DNA from: an uncultured cyanobacterium
GTDB lineage: Bacteria; Cyanobacteriota; Cyanobacteriia; Cyanobacteriales; Nostocaceae
Assembly: GCA_963706595.1 (NCBI GenBank)
Contig: OY970166.1
Location: 1,034,117 to 1,098,116, forward strand
DNA length: 64,000 nt
Direction: 5' to 3'
In this document: one piece after another, positions 59,839-64,000 of the stretch
Layout of the letters: every line of letters begins with the position of its first letter
How positions within the stretch are numbered: position 1 is the first letter of the stretch
Made by a program: the position numbers and the translations under genes
Notes under the pieces: model-generated
Told to the model about the DNA's origin: nothing
The model's database searches: none
The model's input: only the letters and a program-made list of their open reading frames with translations

Positions 59839-60864
59839 TTAAAGGGTTTGAGTCGATTTGATTATTTGCATTCCGGCTTCTGCAAATTTTCTAAATGCTC
59901 TATCTGCTTGTTCTGTGTAGTCCACTACACCAGGGACGACCACAGGGGATGTGCAGTCTTCTAGTAAATAAATTTTTTGGCTCAGGGTGCTATCTATCTG
60001 TTTAATTTCTGTGAGTAAATCGTCAATTGTCCAGGCTACGCAGTGGCTTTTGGCTTGACCTGCAATTATTACAGCATCAAATTCTAACAGTTGTTTAATT
60101 AGGCGGGTGTTTTTTTGGGCGAGTGGGTTTTGCTTAAAATCTGTTAAAACTTCTGGGCTTAAAACGGAGTAGTTTTCTGTTAAGGGGTTATCTCCTTTAA
60201 TTTCAAATTGCGTCTGAGTTTGACGCGCAATGCTATGGAAAAATATTGCTGATTCAACTGATGAAACTAAGGCATGACCAATTCCGCCTAACATGGAATG
60301 ATAAGGCCAAACTGTGAGGGGATATTTACCATTTTGGCTGAGTTGTTTAACGTAATGGTAAGCGTGTTTTTCTAATAGTTCATAATTGCCATTAGTAATA
60401 CTGTTAGCCACTGCTGGGTTAACTTTCCAAATACCGTTTTCTATATCGGCTGGGGTAATGTTAGTTGCGGCTGGGGTCGGGTGTTCACCTGCATCATTTA
60501 TCCAAAATATGGGATGAAAAATTTGGGTTGCGGTGTGGGTGTCTAATGTGGGAATAATTTTGGTAATTAGTCCTAAGTTATGATAAATAAACTCACATAT
60601 CCGCCGATTATCATCAACTGCCCCAGTCCCAGATTTTCCGCCGACAAATAATTCAAATCCAGGGATACAGAATGTGTTCTGCACATCAATTAAAAGTAAG
60701 CAAATATTGGTTTTATCTAAAGCTGCTGGTTGAATATTATATTGTTCTGCCCAAGCTTCGGCTGCTGCGGCTATTTCTTGATAGGGTACACGCCAAACTT
60801 CGCCAACTTTTTCAGCGTTGAAGTAAGGAGGAATTGGTAGTTGAGTTTTTATGAAATTATTCAT
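59839..60864 (-). CDS. isochorismatase/nicotinamidase-like cysteine hydrolase
   Basis: LLLIDVQNTF and AGQAKSHCV (catalytic Cys context). Longer than typical at 341 aa. Confidence 0.6.
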   Translation of the reverse strand: MNNFIKTQLPIPPYFNAEKVGEVWRVPYQEIAAAAEAWAEQYNIQPAALDKTNICLLLIDVQNTFCIPGFELFVGGKSGTGAVDDNRRICEFIYHNLGLITKIIPTLDTHTATQIFHPIFWINDAGEHPTPAATNITPADIENGIWKVNPAVANSITNGNYELLEKHAYHYVKQLSQNGKYPLTVWPYHSMLGGIGHALVSSVESAIFFHSIARQTQTQFEIKGDNPLTENYSVLSPEVLTDFKQNPLAQKNTRLIKQLLEFDAVIIAGQAKSHCVAWTIDDLLTEIKQIDSTLSQKIYLLEDCTSPVVVPGVVDYTEQADRAFRKFAEAGMQIIKSTQTL

Positions 60865-61216
60865 TTTAAATATTTAATTTAATTTAAAATCTTAGCAAAA
60901 AACATCATCATTTGAACATTCTCACAGAAGCGATTTGAGATTTCTGTTCATTTAATCCAAAATCCAAAATCTAAAATTATTTGACTTGGCGTTCTTGGCT
61001 TCTTGGCGGTTCGTTATTCAAACCCAGTGCGATCGCCTCCCAGTTCGATTTTAAAGTATTTTTCATAACTCAGTAAACAGGCGATCGCTACTCCAATCTA
61101 ATTTTTATCTACTCTTTTGTCCTCTCATCGCCCAAAAATACTCTGAATGTGGCAATCTGAGAGACAGAGACTTTCAATCTGATATTTTAACTACAGCAAA
61201 TTTACCTAATTAGGTT

Positions 61217-62443
61217 ATGCAAACTCTGCCAACTCCTACAACCATTGACACCACAGCAGATCAACCCATCTTTGACACCAAAATTCAGAGGCGTAAAACC
61301 CGACCTGTAAAAGTGGGAAATGTCACTATTGGGGGTAACTACCCAGTGGTAGTGCAGTCGATGATTAACGAGGATACACTTGATATTGATGGTTCCGTAG
61401 CAGCGATTCGTCGTTTACACGAAATAGGCTGTGAAATTGTCCGCGTCACAGTCCCAAGTATGGCTCATGCTAGAGTCATGGCGGAAATTAAACAAAGATT
61501 AATTAAAACTTACCAAGATGTGCCAATTGTAGCCGATGTGCATCACAATGGCCTGAAAATCGCCTTGGAAGTCGCCAAGCACATCGAAAAAGTGCGAATT
61601 AATCCGGGGTTGTATGTGTTTGAGAAACCCAACTCCAATAGAAGCGAATACACTAAAACCGAATTTGATGAAATTGGCGACAAAATTCGCGAAACTCTAG
61701 CACCTTTAGTAGTTTCCTTACGAGATCAAGGTAAAGCCATGCGAATTGGCGTAAATCATGGTTCTCTCGCCGAAAGAATGCTATTTACCTACGGCGACAC
61801 CCCAGAAGGAATGGTGGAATCTGCCTTAGAATTTATTCGCATTTGTGAATCTTTAGATTTCCGTAACTTGGTAATTTCCATGAAAGCCTCACGAGTGCCG
61901 GTGATGATAGCCGCTTATCGAATGATGGCTAAACGCTTGGATGAACTGGGTATGGATTATCCCTTGCATTTAGGGGTAACAGAAGCTGGCGACGGTGAAT
62001 ATGGACGCATTAAATCCACAGCCGGAATTGCCACATTACTAACTGATGGCATTGGTGATACAATTCGCGTCTCACTTACAGAAGCCCCAGAAAAAGAAAT
62101 TCCCGTCTGTTACAGCATTCTGCAAGCTTTGGGATTGCGGAAAACAATGGTTGAGTATGTTGCTTGTCCTTCTTGTGGGCGGACTTTATTTAATTTAGAG
62201 GAAGTTTTACACAAAGTTAGGGAAGCCACCAAGCACTTAACTGGGTTGGATGTAGCCGTAATGGGTTGCATTGTCAACGGACCGGGAGAAATGGCAGATG
62301 CCGACTACGGTTATGTTGGTAAAACACCAGGTTACATTTCTTTATATCGTGGCCGAGAAGAAATAAAAAAAGTCCCAGAAGCCCAAGGTGTTGAGGAATT
62401 GATTAACCTGATTAAGGCAGATGGACGCTGGCTAGAACCATAA
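61217..62443 (+). CDS. ispG: 4-hydroxy-3-methylbut-2-enyl diphosphate synthase
   Basis: [20 protein letters not shown] and the C-terminal CPSCGR...GC.VNGPGE [4Fe-4S] ligands. Confidence 0.95.
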   Translation: MQTLPTPTTIDTTADQPIFDTKIQRRKTRPVKVGNVTIGGNYPVVVQSMINEDTLDIDGSVAAIRRLHEIGCEIVRVTVPSMAHARVMAEIKQRLIKTYQDVPIVADVHHNGLKIALEVAKHIEKVRINPGLYVFEKPNSNRSEYTKTEFDEIGDKIRETLAPLVVSLRDQGKAMRIGVNHGSLAERMLFTYGDTPEGMVESALEFIRICESLDFRNLVISMKASRVPVMIAAYRMMAKRLDELGMDYPLHLGVTEAGDGEYGRIKSTAGIATLLTDGIGDTIRVSLTEAPEKEIPVCYSILQALGLRKTMVEYVACPSCGRTLFNLEEVLHKVREATKHLTGLDVAVMGCIVNGPGEMADADYGYVGKTPGYISLYRGREEIKKVPEAQGVEELINLIKADGRWLEP

Positions 62444-62445
62444 AA

Positions 62446-62584
62446 GGGGAGTGGGGAGAAGAGGAACGGGGGCAGGGGGCAGGGTGCAGGGGAGAAGAGG
62501 AAAGGTTGTTAAGTAACCGGAAGTTTAAAGTAATTTCTAACTCCCCCTTGCTCCCTGCTCCCCGCTCCCCTGCCTCTTCTCCCC
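62446..62584 (+). mobile_element. palindromic G/C-rich MITE (family P), intergenic copy
   Basis: 139 bp, GGGGAGTGGGGAGAAGAGG...CCTCTTCTCCCC. Best reference copy for the cobD insert. Confidence 0.8.
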
Positions 62585-62699
62585 GGATTGTCAAGTATTT
62601 TAATGAAATTAGTAACATGAGCTTGGTCTGTACAGTGTAACCCTGTGTTAGATTGGGCATACTGACGATATATTCCTCCCTCTGACGCAGTCTGTCATT

Positions 62700-63983
62700 A
62701 TGGTGATTACAAAGAGTAGACTTGTTTTGGGTGCTACGGCGGTGACGCTTTCCACGATTGCTGTTACTAGCTTGGGCATTCACTCGCGAGGTCAAGCTTT
62801 ATTTAAAGCAAGTCCCAAAGAATTGGTAGATGAGGTTTGGCAAATTGTTCAGCGCCAATATGTAGACGGTACTTTTAATCAAGTGGATTGGCTGGCTGTG
62901 CGGAAGGAGTACTTAGGCAAGTCCTACAGTAGTCAGCAAGATGCCTATACATCCATCCGGGAAATGCTGAAGAAGCTGGATGATCCTTATACCCGGTTTA
63001 TGGACCCAGAAGAGTTCAAGAATATGCAGGTGGATACTTCTGGGGAACTCACTGGTATTGGCATCACCATCAGTCAAGATGAAGAAACCAAGAAGATTGT
63101 GGTGATTTCGCCTATTGATGATACACCCGCATTTAAGGCGGGCATTTTGGCGAAGGATATCATTACAAAAATTAATGGTAAAAGCACTGAGGGGATGGAT
63201 ACTAACCAAGCCGTATCCCTGATTCGTGGTGAGCCAGGAACGAAAATAAACTTGACAGTTGAACGTGACGGTCAACCTAAAGAGTTTGAAATCACACGCG
63301 CCCGCATTGAAATTCATCCAGTTAAATATTCCACACAGCCAACTCCAGCAGGTAAACTCGGTTACATTCGCTTGAATCAGTTCAGCGCCAATGCTAGCCG
63401 GGAAATGCAAAGCGCGATCAGAGATTTAGAAAGGCAACGGGTAGACGGATATATTCTGGATTTACGTGGGAATCCAGGTGGTTTACTCTTCTCTAGTGTG
63501 GAAATTGCTCGCATGTGGCTGGATAAAGGGACAATTGTTTCTACGATTGACCGCCAGGGTGAACAAGAACGGGAAGTGGCTAGGGGTCGGGCTTTGACGA
63601 ATAAACCTCTGGTGGTTTTAGTTGATAAAGGATCAGCCAGCGCCAGTGAAATTCTTTCTGGAGCTTTGCAGGATAATAAACGTGCCGTTTTGGTGGGTTC
63701 TCAAACTTTCGGTAAAGGTTTAGTGCAGTCTGTGCGTCCTTTAGAAGATGGTTCGGGTTTAGCGGTGACAATTGCTAAATATATTACTCCCAATGGTACA
63801 GATATCAATAAACACGGCGTTGACCCTGATGTGACTGTGGACTTGTCTGATGAGCAACGTGAGGAATTATGGCTGAAACAGCGTGAAAAACTGGCTACTC
63901 TAGCAGACCCTCAATTTGCTAAAGCTGTAGAAGTTTTGGGTAAACAAATTGCTGGTAGAGGTCTAACGAGTTCAGAGAAATAG
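62700..63983 (+). CDS. carboxyl-terminal processing protease (S41A, Ctp family)
   Basis: PDZ domain plus the S41 core (GSASASEI...TFGKGLVQ). N-terminal TM helix. Confidence 0.9.
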   Translation: MVITKSRLVLGATAVTLSTIAVTSLGIHSRGQALFKASPKELVDEVWQIVQRQYVDGTFNQVDWLAVRKEYLGKSYSSQQDAYTSIREMLKKLDDPYTRFMDPEEFKNMQVDTSGELTGIGITISQDEETKKIVVISPIDDTPAFKAGILAKDIITKINGKSTEGMDTNQAVSLIRGEPGTKINLTVERDGQPKEFEITRARIEIHPVKYSTQPTPAGKLGYIRLNQFSANASREMQSAIRDLERQRVDGYILDLRGNPGGLLFSSVEIARMWLDKGTIVSTIDRQGEQEREVARGRALTNKPLVVLVDKGSASASEILSGALQDNKRAVLVGSQTFGKGLVQSVRPLEDGSGLAVTIAKYITPNGTDINKHGVDPDVTVDLSDEQREELWLKQREKLATLADPQFAKAVEVLGKQIAGRGLTSSEK

Positions 63984-64000
63984 TGAATTTATGGCTGATG

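Overview
This window looks like a chromosomal segment of a filamentous, heterocyst-forming cyanobacterium (Nostocales, Nostoc/Anabaena-like). The evidence is many HIP1 octamers (GCGATCGC), STRR-type tandem heptamers, and the genes psbY, a crr6-like gene, a devBCA-like exporter and pilMNOQ. Most of the window is ordinary core genome: cobM, lgt, coaD, tldD/pmbA, cysS, ilvC, map, folC, pilMNOQ, hupB, cobD, ispD, scpB, ispG, and htrA/ctp proteases.

I found no convincing multi-gene defence or biosynthetic system of a new kind. The unusual content is almost all structural and related to mobile DNA:
- An orphan 8-repeat CRISPR array with no cas gene anywhere in the 64 kb.
- A mobile-element nest between folC and a sugar-binding-protein gene. 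It holds an IS630-family element with a -1 frameshift, sandwiched head-to-tail between two copies of its own 105-bp MITE, plus an IS4/Tn5-like element inserted into a dispersed hairpin repeat with a 10-bp target duplication.
- A ~150-bp palindromic G/C-rich MITE sitting in frame inside the cobD-like coding sequence. A near-identical copy is intergenic elsewhere in the window.
- Housekeeping ispD, and separately a response-regulator gene, each bracketed by inverted copies of the same small element.
- A 303-bp element with terminal inverted repeats and two internal tandem arrays, wedged between tldD and pmbA. It supplies the tldD stop codon.
- Three-level nested MITEs with a ~37-bp tandem array upstream of an M23 peptidase gene.

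Gene-level oddities:
- A secreted eukaryote-like XendoU/EndoU homologue.
- A TetR regulator with an RHH-like C-terminal tail, next to a palindromic operator candidate upstream of devBCA.
- A receiver domain with Glu in place of the phospho-acceptor Asp.
- STRR heptamers translated in frame inside cysS.

All calls come from reading the sequence and ORF translations. No database search was run.
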